Of a stretch of 53,735 bases of DNA, positions 53,176 through 53,735 are shown in pieces (position 1 is the first letter of the stretch; each line of letters opens with the position of its first letter). Where the stretch lies: the NCBI GenBank assembly GCA_000993405.1, contig LBWB01000003.1, positions 1-53,735 of the forward strand. The letters run 5' to 3'. The notes under the pieces are model-generated. The model worked only from the letters and a program-made list of their open reading frames with translations, was not told the DNA's origin and did no database searches. Source of the DNA: Candidatus Woesebacteria bacterium GW2011_GWB1_39_12. GTDB lineage: Bacteria > Patescibacteriota > Microgenomatia > UBA8517. Both the position numbers and the translations under genes were made by a program.

Positions 53176-53735
53176 TTGACGCAACACGGTGCAGTTATCG
53201 CGGGCGGGCTAATCGCCGTAATTGTAGCTGTCAGCGCGACGTTGTTCTTCGGAGCGTCACTGCTCACGCCAACCACTAGCACAACCACGACGGGCACTTC
53301 GCAGACCTGCACGGTCGGCGGCTGTGCGCTTAAACTTCCAATCCGATTCAGCTTCGTGAACCTCTACACGAATCAGCCCCTCACAGACTTGTTAACCGCG
53401 ACCATCTACAAGGGTACTTTACAAGTGGATTCAATCACAGTTTCGACTGGAACATGGGATACTACGAAGGCGGATTTTCAGAGCGGCGAATCCTACAGTT
53501 TGTACGTGGTCAGTGGGAATTCTAAATACGAATTTAGTTTTCAAGTTCCTCTTGCGCAGTCCGCAACTCAACCACGATACTCGCTCACCTTGAAGATGGC
53601 TTTGATAGGTTCATATTCGATTGGTGTTCTAGGACCGGACGGAGTAACCGTAATCACGCCTTCAACTGGAAACTACAACGCAACATCTGGAATCTGCAAC
53701 GGCTCCACACCCTGCAAAGCTTCAACTCAACCGCA
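53176..53735 (+). CDS. membrane-anchored Thr-rich surface protein (partial, runs off window)
   Basis: Hand translation MTQHGAVIAGGLIAVIVAVSATLFFG...; open to the window end; not in the ORF track. Confidence 0.7.
   Translation, partial: MTQHGAVIAGGLIAVIVAVSATLFFGASLLTPTTSTTTTGTSQTCTVGGCALKLPIRFSFVNLYTNQPLTDLLTATIYKGTLQVDSITVSTGTWDTTKADFQSGESYSLYVVSGNSKYEFSFQVPLAQSATQPRYSLTLKMALIGSYSIGVLGPDGVTVITPSTGNYNATSGICNGSTPCKASTQP

Overview
53.7 kb of an archaeal virus or large extrachromosomal element. The host is probably a TACK-group archaeon such as Bathyarchaeia; this is inferred from TTG-start usage and the MCM/RadA type, not proven. Almost all genes are on the + strand. (1) Bases ~120-830 are a non-coding, hairpin-rich leader. 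(2) From ~0.85 to 14.5 kb lies a tightly tiled array of dozens of tiny ORFs, many of them Cys/His zinc-finger micro-proteins, plus a PCNA gene. More than 30 of these ORFs start inside one conserved motif, (G)AGAACTTTG, and two hammerhead-ribozyme-like RNAs sit in intergenic gaps. (3) A replication/recombination block follows: candidate origin, Cdc6/Orc1, a stand-alone MCM winged-helix protein, intein-containing MCM and RadA. (4) A mixed block carries HNH and LAGLIDADG homing endonucleases, Pth2, HicB, a HerA-like ATPase, an ASCH protein, a gp37/gp68-like protein and an AEP primase, with a second gene-junction motif GGAATYGAAATGA. (5) The last block has membrane/surface proteins, an intact IS200/IS605 element (tnpA-tnpB) and a glycosyltransferase/radical-SAM modification cluster, with a palindromic ATCATCATGAYGAT site next to several TATA-like boxes. 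No capsid, terminase, integrase, tRNA or CRISPR array was recognised. The best candidate for an undescribed system is the motif-delimited micro-gene array with its ribozymes and structured leader.
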